NCBI GenBank assembly: GCA_010909165.1
Contig: VJWM01000258.1
Location: forward strand, 1-64,000
Direction: 5' to 3'
DNA length: 64,000 bases
Source of the DNA: Anthoceros angustus
Taxonomy: Eukaryota; Plantae; Anthocerotophyta
Positions 40,130 to 51,571 of this stretch are shown here, one piece after another. Numbering within the stretch: the stretch's first letter is position 1; every line of letters starts with the position of its first letter. The translations under genes were made by a program, and so were the position numbers. The notes beneath the pieces are model-generated. The model saw only the letters and a program-made list of their open reading frames with translations. It was not told the origin of the DNA and searched no databases.

Positions 40130-43100
40130 CCTCCATATGTTAAGAACAAAAGATCCCCAAACCAAATTTTTGAGGAAAAAATTTTGAAAAGATTTCAAGA
40201 TGAGCACAGAAGACAGGTATAAAATTTTTGCTCAAGTTTTTTTTTAATATTTGTGTGTATTAGAATTTGTTGCCAGCTAATCTAGAACTTGTGGATTAAT
40301 GAGCATATATCTCTCTTCATTCCATTATTCAAAGATATTATATATAATAAATTATAGGAGCTTCGAAATGAGAAAGAAGATAGAAGGAAACAATTGGAAG
40401 ACTTACGTTTACGGCAAGAGCATAGGCGAATTATATATGAGGTAAGATGATAAATATAGATTGAAAGTCGTAGAGATAATCAATGATATTAATTTTTATT
40501 TTCTGCAGGCCTTTCAACAAAGATATCTTCAAAGTAGGCTGGAAGAACAATATGCAATTGCAATTCATAACTGCCTTAGAGTAATTTTCACAAAACTTTC
40601 AGCATTAGGATAATAAAAAACATTTAATGATCAATTCTTAACACCTAGAATGGGGTTTATGTTTGAGGTAGCCTTAAATATATATTCTTGAATACTTACA
40701 TTTAAATCTTGACATGAATTTGGTTTAGGGTAATTGGCACGAGATGCAACAATTGGATTATTCCATGGAGGTTTCCATTACACACAAGGTCCATTATTCA
40801 AAAAAATCACCAAACTGTTTAGAATAGAGAGAAATGAATAATGTACCATGAAGACTTACATATCCTCATCAACTTCAATTTCATTAAAACAGAATACTAT
40901 GCAACAAATGAGACAACAAAAAGAACTCATACAACAAGCAATTAAGGACTTTGATGAGTTTGAAAACAAAGGTTATGAGCTAGGAGTTGATACTCCTCCG
41001 ACGGAAGAAAAAGGGATATTAAGTCACCGGTAAAAGGAGAAAGCTTCAACACCTGAGAAAAAAGGAAAAGAAGCGGGGAAAAAGGCAGATACCAAACAGA
41101 AGAAAGGGCAAGAGGATGAAAGCCTACCATTAGACCCCGTTCGTCTTGCACAAGTGAGCTTACCTATAAATTTATTGTTAGCAATGTGCACAATGATAAA
41201 AACCATGGACTAATAATAAGATAGATTGCTGACTTACTAGGAATAAAAAGAATCGGTGTATATTATTTGTAGTTCATCTGATTATAGCTATTTATTGAAA
41301 GGCGGCTTCTGGATAAAGGATGGAAAGGCTTACATGGATGACATCAAAAGGAGGAAAGCCGAAGAAGAGGCAAAGATTTCAAGATATCATGAAAAGAATG
41401 TAAAATATCTTCATAATTAAGTTATAATTCAAAAACCATGTACCTACTACTTATGGATCTCAAGTTTAGACTAATGGTACGTAGCTAACATACAATAGAT
41501 CATTACGAGAAAGAGTACTACAACAACAACAATAGAGGAAGAAAAAGCCCAAAAAGAAGCTCAGAAAGAGGATTTTCAGCGGAACTTTAGTGATGAAGCA
41601 CTTCGAAGACAAGAAGCGGAACGGATGGAGAAGGAGGAAGAGCTTTCTTGGATTGCACATAGGATCTTATTAGCTCAGTTAATAGCAGAACAACGTGATA
41701 AAGAATGGGATTTAGTGTTAGCTAGAGATCATGAAATGTTGATGATGTTACGGGAGGATTATTGGCAGGAAACTCAAAAAGAATGTAAACTAAGAGAGGT
41801 ATTTATTTTAAATTTAAAATAATCTATTTTTATCATAAAATTATTCGAAGTTGTGGTTACTTTGTTCTTGTGATTTGATATTGACTATGAGCCTATAATG
41901 CATTTAGATTGTGATGTAGTTTACGGTGAATTGTTCTTTTGGTTATTGGATTACATGCTAAATATATATTCTTGAATACTTACATTTAAATCTTGACATG
42001 AATTTGGTTTAGGTAATTGTACGAGATGCAACAATTGGATTATTCCATGGAGGTTTCCATTACACACAAGGTCCATTATTCAAAAAATCACCAAACTGTT
42101 TAGAATAGAGAAATGAATAATGTACCATGAAGACTTACATATCCTCATCAACTTCAATTTCATTAAAAGCAATACTATGCAACAAATGAGACAACAAAAG
42201 AACTCATACAACAAGCAATTAAGGACTTTGATGAGTTTGAAAACAAAGGTTATGAGCTAGGAGTTGATACTCCTCCGACGGAAGAAAAAGGGATATTAAG
42301 TCACCGTAAAAAGGAGAAAGCTTCAACACGAGAAAAAGGAAAAGAAGGAAAAGGCGGATACCAAATGTAAGAAAGGGCAAGAGGATGAAAGCCTACCATT
42401 AGACCCCGTTTGCACAAGTGAGCTTACCTATAAATTTTATTGTTAGCAATGTGCACAATGATAAAACCATGGACTAATAATAAGATAGATTGCTGACTTA
42501 CTAGGAATAAAAAGAATCGGTGTATATTATTTGTAGTTCATCTGATTATAGCTATTTATTGAAAGGCGGCTTCTGGATAAAGGATGGAAAGGCTTACATG
42601 GATGACATCAAAAGGAGGAAAGCCGAAGAAGAGGCAGAAAGATTTCAAGCAGATATCATGAAAAGAAAGGTAAAATATCTTCATAATTAAGTTATAATTC
42701 AAAAAACCATGTACCTACTACTTATGGATCTCAAGTTTAGACTAATGGTACGTAGCTAACGTACAATAGATCATTACAGAAAAGAGTACTGCAACAACAA
42801 TCAACAATAGAGGAAGAAAAAGCCCAAAAAGAAGCTCAGGAAGAGGATTTTCAGCGGAACTTTAGTGATGAAGCACTTCAAGACAAGCGGAACGGATGGA
42901 GAAGGAGGAAGAGCTTTCTGGATTGCACATAGGATCTTATTAGCTCGGTTAATAGCGAACAACGTGATAAAGAATGGGATTTAGTGTTAGCTAGAGATCA
43001 TGAAATGTTGATGATGTTACGGAGGATTATTGGCAGGAAACTCAAAAAGAATGTAAACTAAGAGAGGTATTTATTTTAAATTTAAAATAATCTATTTTTA

Positions 43101-46100
43101 TCATAAAATTATTCGAAGTTGTGGTTACTTTGTTCTTGTGATTTGATATTGACTATGAGCCTATAATGCATTTAGATTGTGATGTAGTTTACGGTGAATT
43201 GTTCTTTTGGTTATTGGATTACATGCTAAATATATCGTATATGTGCATTATTGCTTTCAGGAAGAAAAAAAATTGAAAATGGAACAAGAACTTGCGGATG
43301 GAAGGAGATATTGTTTTGAGCTTGTGTTGCAAGTACCAACTCCAACTTTTAAGAAAATATAGCCTTGACTTGTTCTATCCATAGCACAAGACCTCTTCGT
43401 AAATGTAATACAAAACCACATATGAATTTAATGTTTTGTTTTTTTTTTTGCAGATCTTAAGTTTATCTGAAAATGCTATGACCTATAAGGAAAGCACTCA
43501 ATGTGATGTGCCAAATACAGAATGGAATGATTGGAAAATTTTATTCTTGAAAGGTGCAGTCCTACCCAGTCCTTCACAATCTTTGACTCTTGCATCTACG
43601 GAGGAAGTCACGCCTGAAGTGGAGGTGATTGCTGATGAGGTATCGTAACTTGACTTGTGGAAAGATGTGTAGAGAATTGCAATACAACGTACATGTTTAA
43701 CATTATAAAAGATTTCTCATTCTAGATGATTGATTTGCAGTTTGTTTTGGAATACATTAATGAAAAGGAAGAATGGGAGGGATTAAATATCGGGAAAAAT
43801 ATACATCTAGGACGAATTCTAGGTTGTATACATGATACTGCTCATGTTCCCAATGTACCAGCACCATCTGAGCTGCCTAATCTTTCAGAACTTAGAGTAA
43901 AACTTGCTATCTTAGGGAATTCCTATGCAGGTAGTTATACTATAAATCCTTATGATAACAATATTTGTTTGCAAGTACTTGATAATCAAAACCTTCATTT
44001 AGTTTGTCTTACTAGAAAAAATCTTGTGTTGTTTGGGTTGTTTAGGGAAAACAACCTTGACCCAAAAGTTAGCAAACGAGTTTGGTCTCATAACCATTGA
44101 AATCGACAAAGTCATTGCCCTGGCAATCGACATGGGAATGAACGGTAATCATAATATTATCTTTACAAGAAATATAATAATAAAACTAATTAATTATGAT
44201 ATTATTATATCTAATTTTGAACTTATAATATATCACACGATTTAGTGGACCTAGTTTGACAGAAAAAACGGCGATAGAAGCGGAAATTGATGACAGTACA
44301 GCAGAAGACCTAGAAAGGAATAAGGTACGAGATCCGATGCCATCGGAACGAAACAAGATCGAAGATGCAACACCTACAATCCCTCCCGCAATATCTCGAT
44401 TGGAATTTATGTTATCTCCGATGGCGCGACTAGGTCTAGCTGCCCAAAATGCATTGGATAGTGGAAAGCAGGTATAAAGCAAATATTTAATATGTATTTT
44501 TGGACATATTACCTATACATCTTGATAGAGGTGGAAGTACACAGGTACCCGATGACATTGTGGTTAAATTGCTGGTTCTCACATTCACATCCCTCGACGA
44601 ATACGGTAATAGGATGCCGCCTGCTCGATTCATTCAACTGTTCGTTGTGTAGGGGGACTGTTATTAGCAAAATTTTGACTGGTGGGAAATCTGTTGTCAC
44701 AGTCAGTGGTTCAGCAATGCTTTCCCAAAAGCAGGCCGCCAAAGGTTCAGGTGAATCTCCTAAACAGAAAGGCAAAGGAGGAGCAGCCAAACCTCCACCG
44801 AAGCCAGCGAAGGGCGGAAAGGGAGGGACTCCTCCTGGCTCTAAGCCAACAACGGCTCAATCATCTAAAAAGGGACAAAAGAAAGGTCCAGGCGACTCAG
44901 AAGCAGAGAAGGGATTCATTCTGGACGGTTTTCCAGCAACTTGTGCTCAAGCAGACCTTTTGGAGAAGCACCTTACGGGGATGGATCTCTCATTCGTTTC
45001 TCAGCACGCCGCAAACGCATCCATCATTGCTCCCCCACCTCCTGTTGTAAGTCACCCCTGGTGATATGTTCTCTCCTACTTCTTGCTTGGGTGCTTTCAA
45101 GGATAGGAGCCAACTAAGATGGCTTGCTTTCGCTTCCTTTGCAGCCTGTGGAGAAGGTGGTATCTGGGTTGGATGGATTGCTTTGTCTACCGTACATCAG
45201 TCCAGAAGATGCCATCAAACGTGCACTGGGAAAATGCGTGGACCCAAAGACAGGCCGTCAGTATCACCTCTTGTTTGATCCCCCGCCTAAAGATGATAAA
45301 ACGTGAGGCCCTCCTATCCAGTCTCATGGTGCCTATATACCTCATTTCCAGCATACGGTGCATGTTTGGCTAGACTTTGGGTATGGATGTGCCAATGAAC
45401 TGGTCCTTTCCATGCACAGAGGTATTACTTCTCGGCTGCAAAATGTGGAACAAGCACCAGTGGTGCAAACGCGGATAACAGAGGGGGAGAAGGTTTGGAA
45501 GCCCCTGTCCACTTTCATTCAGAGGTTTGCTAATTCATTCTTGCTCAAGTACGAGCCATACACCGTAGTTGTAAGAGACTCTGCAGAGAAACAAAGTGGG
45601 AAGGATCCAAAGGGCACAGCCCAAGGGAAGGGTGGAGTAACAGCAAAAGCATCCAAACCTGATGCCAAGACAGGAAATCAGAAACCAGACTCACCCAAGG
45701 CCGGAGCCAAGCCTGGAGCTGGAGATAAATCTGATGGAAAACCGGGAAAAGCTGCGGCTGCTGCAAAGGCTGCTGAGCCTGCTCCTGCTCCTGCTCCTCC
45801 TCCTTCAGCAGCAGTTCCCAACCCTCTGGAAAATCCTGATCCCAGTGCCGGACAGCAAAAGCAGGCTCTCCAGGCACTGGAAGCTGGGAACTGTGAATAC
45901 AAGGGAGAATGTGCGGGCTTACCTGTTCCCAAGGAAGCTGTCACCGTTGTTGTGGAGGCTAAAGATGCGAGCACTTTGGTGCAGTCGTTGCTGGATGCCC
46001 GAATTCAATCCAAACTGGCTGCTGCTGCTGCGGAGGCGGCTAAAGCTGCAGACGAGGCAGCGGCTCGGGCCTTGATCGAGACGGAGAAGGCGACAGAGAC

Positions 46101-49100
46101 CACCACGAACCTCGCCCAACAGCTTCTGTTTGTGAAAGTCGCTGAGGTGAAAGCAGCTGCCTTGATCGAGAAATCAGGTCCGGATGCTACCGCACAGAAA
46201 ATCGTGAAAGCAGAAGCGAGCCAGGTGGTGGGAAAGAAGCTGACCGAGGCAAGCAAGGCCCTGCAGGAGACCGAAGCCGCAGCCCAGCTGGCGCAGAAGG
46301 CTGCTGAGCAGGCCTTCAAGGCGGCAGAGGAGGCTCATGAGGGTGCTGCGCTAGCTGGAGCAGCCCTGAAGGCCAAGGCAGACGCAGACGCAGCCGCCGA
46401 GGCAGCATCACAAGCAGCCACCAAGGCTGGCCAGTCCGGACAGAAGGCAAAGCTGGCATTGGAAGCTGCTGTAGCCGCAATTGACAAGGTGAAGCAGGAT
46501 ATTGAGAGAATGGAGAACCCAGACGCGGACGCAGGAAGCGAGACCCAGCCACCAGCAACCTCGGCCACGTCCAAGAAGGAATCTGGCAAAAAGGCAGACG
46601 CCGCTGCTCCTGAGAAGAAGGAGGGCAAGGCTGCCACCCCCCCTAAGGATGCTAAGAAGGACAAGGCTGCTGCAAAAGGAAAGGTCAAAGACACAGACAA
46701 GAAATCGAAGGTGTCATGCTATCCGTGCTACATGCCATGGAAGTGCATCCTTTGATAACGTCGTAGGGAGTTCTCATAACATGGATTTTGTGTAGTGCAG
46801 GGTCAGCCTGGCCCAGCTGCGCCTGAGCCTCCACCTGAAGTTGAAGCTGTTCCTCCGGAGCCTCCGTTCATGGAGAAACAGGTGGCAGGTACGTTGTGAG
46901 TCGTGGACTGGTCAAATTCAAGCTCAAGCGGGATTTGGGCACTCCACAGCTCTTGAGAGTTGTGGGATTTGTGCAGAGCTGTTCCACGCCCAGTGGGTGT
47001 CGATCGAGGTGCGGTATCTGCAGACCCTCAAGGACGTGTTCAGCAAATTGCGCAGAGGACGTCCGATCACTCGCTACAAGATGAAGGAGGTGAAGGTGGC
47101 TTTTGTCGAGTACCTTAAGCGACCTGACGACAAGCAAACAGTTCTGGAGGAATATCAGGCAGGTCCAAGCTCGAGTCCGCTGGCTTCGTGAATTAGAATT
47201 GGACGGTAGGAGGAGGAGAATTTGGGGCTGGGCTGACCGGAGCATGAACAGAACTCTCTCCTTTCCGCAGGGGCGGTACAATAGAATTGATTTCAAGCAA
47301 AGGGGCGACAAGAAGATTGTTCCCAAGCTGCAGATAGAATCGGACAAGCTCAAGGCCAAATTGCAGTCCATCTGTGATACGCACCTTCAAGTCAGACTCC
47401 TAGCTGCTCATATGTCTCACCGTCAGCTTTTTTGGGGAGTGGCATCGCGCAATGTTAATTACAACTTGTTGTTCCCGAATTGTGTCAGGAAGCTCAACAA
47501 TGGCGGAGTACCAGCTTTGCGGACTGGTTGGACAAGCGTACTGCTGCAATCGTATCACTCTTCACATTCTTTTTACAGGCCGAGGCAAGTGTAGGCAAGT
47601 GCACTGAATTCTGCACATGCATCAACCCGCACCATGGAATCGGAGTGTATTGCTGCACACGCTGACAGAAATGCATCTTGTTGTGCTCAATGCAGTTCGA
47701 TAAGTACTTGGAAACTTGCAGCCATCTTCAGGAGTTTCAAGCTAGGCAGCTGGGAAGTACGACCTTGGAGGCCTTTCGAACTGATCTCACCACGGTGCCT
47801 GACAAAGTGCCTGAGAAGAAAGGTGCGGCAGCATCTCCCCCAAAGAAGCCTCAGCCTGGAAAGGGTAAACCAGAGGAGAAAGTAGCGACGCCTAGACCAC
47901 TACCATCCACTACGCAGCCCCTGCCTGGATGGCTGGAAGCACTTTGGTACACTGTTCCAGATCTTTTCCCGGTAAGGAAGCTGTCTAATGTTTGTCTGTT
48001 CAATGCTTCTGTCACGCCCAAGTTGTACTCATGCTTGTGGCTTGTCTTCAGGTCGTGAACAGAGCCGTATCAAACGGGGAGAACATCATGAAGGCTGCTA
48101 CGCAATTCTATTCCGCCGCTTCTAATGCCAAGGGTCCCAAAGACAAATCTGCCCCTGCTCCTGATAAGAAGGGTAAGAAGGATGAGCTGAAAGCTCTGGA
48201 ACAGAAAATCAAGGGAGGCAATGCGAGGGAGCCCCCCAAGGTGAATGACCAGCCAGATGAAATATCAGATACTGTGCTACGAGAACATGAGATCTTCAGA
48301 GGTCGTGTTGAGCTCATTGGTACGTTTATATCTGCTCCTTCTGTTCCCTAATGTTAAACGCTCCCAAGGCTTTTCCAGACATCAAAGATGCTAACATCCC
48401 CCTCGTGTGGCCTCTTGCGCAGTTCGAAAAGCATGTGTTTACATTGGAGAATTGCAGCCAATGATCGAGAGCACTGCCAAACTAATGGAAACATGGATGA
48501 TGGACAGATACAACGTGAGTGGGCTCTGTGATGGTGTGCCTGGATGCTGGTAACCAAGAAGCTTTAGAACACCCAAAGCTCAACGAGTTTCTCTCATTGG
48601 ATGTGCAGGCGGAATGCCAAGCTGTAGCAGAGGTGGTGGAACTGGCAGAGCGAGCTGTTGCGGAAGGCATTCCACTCTGGTACCGACTTAAGCTTGATGG
48701 AGAGACGTTTACGGTGGATGAGAATCATCTCATACTGGTATGCCTTCACACCTAAAAATGAAGCCTTCTCCTCCTTGCTAGTCTTGGACAGTGAGAATGA
48801 ACTTGGTTGACTACCATTTCAGGTTCCTCCTGCACCTCTTGGCTTGGATCCCGCCCCAGACTTGATTGTGTGGCATATGGAAATACTTGAACAAGCTGTG
48901 GAAGATTTCCGCACATTAGCTCCTCTGGGTGTGGCTGCGTTTTGTTTGCATGCATCATCCTTGGGATGTTGGTCAGATTCTGTGTACTCCAGTGGTACTT
49001 GGGTGCGCAGTTCAAGGATATACACAGCCCTGCTAATCAGAGCCGGGGTTCTTGTTGCAGGTGTTGTCCCTGTCTGCCAAGCCCGCTCTATTCTGTCGAA

Positions 49101-51045
49101 TTGCGTTGAGGTTGTACACAACTCAGTCAAGGATGACTTGAAGCAGACTGTCATCCCTCGCTTACCCGGCACAAAACGAAGACCTGCTGGACCCTTCCAA
49201 GTCTGGATAGACAACTTTGAGGCAACTATGAAGGTTGGTTTTGCTGTGTATTTCACGCACGCTAAAGGGGGTATGCAAGAATCACGCTGGTGTTGGTGGT
49301 AAACGTAGTGCGACTTGGCTTTCAGGAATCAATATACGATCCTGAGGCAGGCGAACACACGCGTGTAGACTGGCGAGCTCTTTTGATTACTCTGGCTGAC
49401 ACTCGTTACAATAAGTGCATCTCCGGAGCTACACTCGAAGACATAGCTCGAGCACGTAAAGGTTGGTCTCCCATTTTGAAGGGGATTTGGTCCTTTCTGT
49501 AGAGCCTGACAGGTGCAAACGTGTCAGCTGAAATCAGACCTCTTCCTCCCGGCCAGTGATCTGATTGTCTTGCATGCCCTGATATTGAAACTGTGACACA
49601 GTGATTGAAGGAGGGCGAAAGATCAAATTCTGCCTCAGCCCTCAAGGCTTCCAGAAGATGCGCTTGTGGCTGGACTTGGGTACAGAGAACCACAGCATAC
49701 GATTAGTTGGTTTCGCAGACGACAGGCCTCGTCGTTGGCACCTAACAAGAATCGGTTGCTTGCAGAGGAGAAAGGAGGAAGTGAAAGAATTGGCGCCCAC
49801 TTGAAAAAGGTGGTACACAGGATGCTTGATTGTGGGAAACCAGGTGTTCCTTGGCAGAGGCTGTTACTGTTCCTGTGCAGAGATGTCGACAGACGGATAG
49901 CTCTGTTGAAGGCTTTCTCAGTGCTCTCCAGCCTAGAGTATGCCTCTCCGCACCGATTTCTCTCGTGACTTTCTCTGCACCATCTGATGATTTGGTCAAC
50001 ATCCATGCCTTGAGCAACAACTCACAAACACTAACTTTGCCCTGCCCAATTGCAGAGTTGCATCTGAACCTCCAGATATAACAACAGAGATGCTTTTGGA
50101 AGCAGTTTACCCGTATGGATTGGAGGCAGCAGCGGCAGCGGGTTGCGCAACTTGGACTCAAGATGAGCTAACTGTAAGCAAAGCAGCTCATGGTTCAGAG
50201 TTTCATATCGTTTACTGTGGCATCGAGTATTTGTGTAGCAACAGTAGTGCTGACAAGCAGCGTGTGGGCAACCTTCACCTTGGCAGGAACTTCTTGCCGA
50301 TATCCGCCACGAAAAAGGCCTGGTTGTGCCGGTTCGTGCAGCAGAGGGTGACTGCGGAGGCAGCAGGGAGGCAGTTCGGGGTTCAGAAATCAGTGCCCAA
50401 ACAACACCAGCGGAGGTGAAGTACGTGCGAGACGAATCCGACTTACTCAAGCCCTTCGAGATCCACAGCAGGGCGTCAGACATGAGTGAATTCAGCGACC
50501 ACACCAACTTCGCAATCCGCGAGTTCCTGTCCCGCCTAGGAACCACCACAGAGAGTCTGGCCAGCACTGACAATCGGATATCCGAGTTCAGTGAGCAAAC
50601 CGCCATCACAGTCCAAGAGTTCTTGGATGCCTGCAGTCAAGCATATCCGAGAAGCAACAAGACGCAGGCAGAAGGTCCAACAACGCCACCTCACCCTCTG
50701 CTGTCATGCCAAGCAAGCTTGCATACATCTCTGAACTCATGCATGGAGACATGTGCTGTCTGTCATGCAGAGGTGTCCGAGTCTCCTGCAAGTTCAGTGA
50801 AGGATGATGAGGATGCTGAAGCTACAGCACCAAAGGAAGCTCCCATCCGGGTGTTCGACCTGTTCGAGACCGGAGCTGCCACTATTGTGAAGGAAGCACT
50901 TGTGTCCAACTATGGCAGAACCTGCGTCCCTGGTTACCTGTACCAGATGCAGTTGAAGGAAACTAACCAGAACGCGTCCCACTTGCTGGCCGGCGGCCCA
51001 AGTGAAGAGTCAAGGCCTCCGAGCTCGGAGTTCTCAGCGTTTTAG
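40130..51045 (+). CDS. SPEF2: Sperm flagellar protein 2 / CPC1-like central-pair protein (multi-exon; 5' end unresolved)
   Basis: WNDWKILFLKG; P-loop LGNSYAG|KTT split by an intron; GFILDGFPATCAQADLLEKHLTG; lid-like DPKTGRQYHLLFDPPP; YLKRPDDKQ..LQSICD; VDWRALL; spliced terminal exon from ~50287 to TAG at 51045. The motif order matches SPEF2 as recalled. Confidence 0.8.
40675..43235. repeat. ~1.28-kb tandem duplication of SPEF2 coiled-coil exons (40675-41958 / 41959-43235)
   Basis: Collinear copies differing mostly by indels; junction in shared TAAATATAT. Confidence 0.92.
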
Positions 51046-51571
51046 GCTTAGATGTCAGCTCATCAATTGGTCTGTGACACCATTATTTTCAGCAATGCAG
51101 CAATGACAGTCGTCAATTCCCCTGTCACCTGACAAGTGGAGAGAATTCGCGATCTTCAACTGTCTTCGCAAAGCGCCTCCATCTTATCTGAAGGCGACGC
51201 CTCTGCGACAAATTTAGAGACCCGCTTGCTTCGACCCCCGCCCTGGGTTTCACCGATTGGACCAAAACATCTTCCCTGGCAACAACAGGACACGTACGAT
51301 GTGGAGGGGAGGCTGCGGGTAGGTCTAATAAAGCAAGCGGGTGAAGTTGAGTCGCGAGATACGCGACGAACGCTTAAGGCCTGCACATGTCGGCAAGCTA
51401 AAGCGAGGCCGCAGCCTTTCTGCCAGCGAGCCTTCGCAGGAATGGCGGCAAGTGGATTCAACCTACTTCACCAAGACTGAGCGCGGAAGGCTGCAGGCTT
51501 CTCCGATTGTGTGCAATTCCGGGTTTTGTTCAGTGAGCCTTTGCTGCTTCCTCTGCTTCTGCCTGGGAGCC

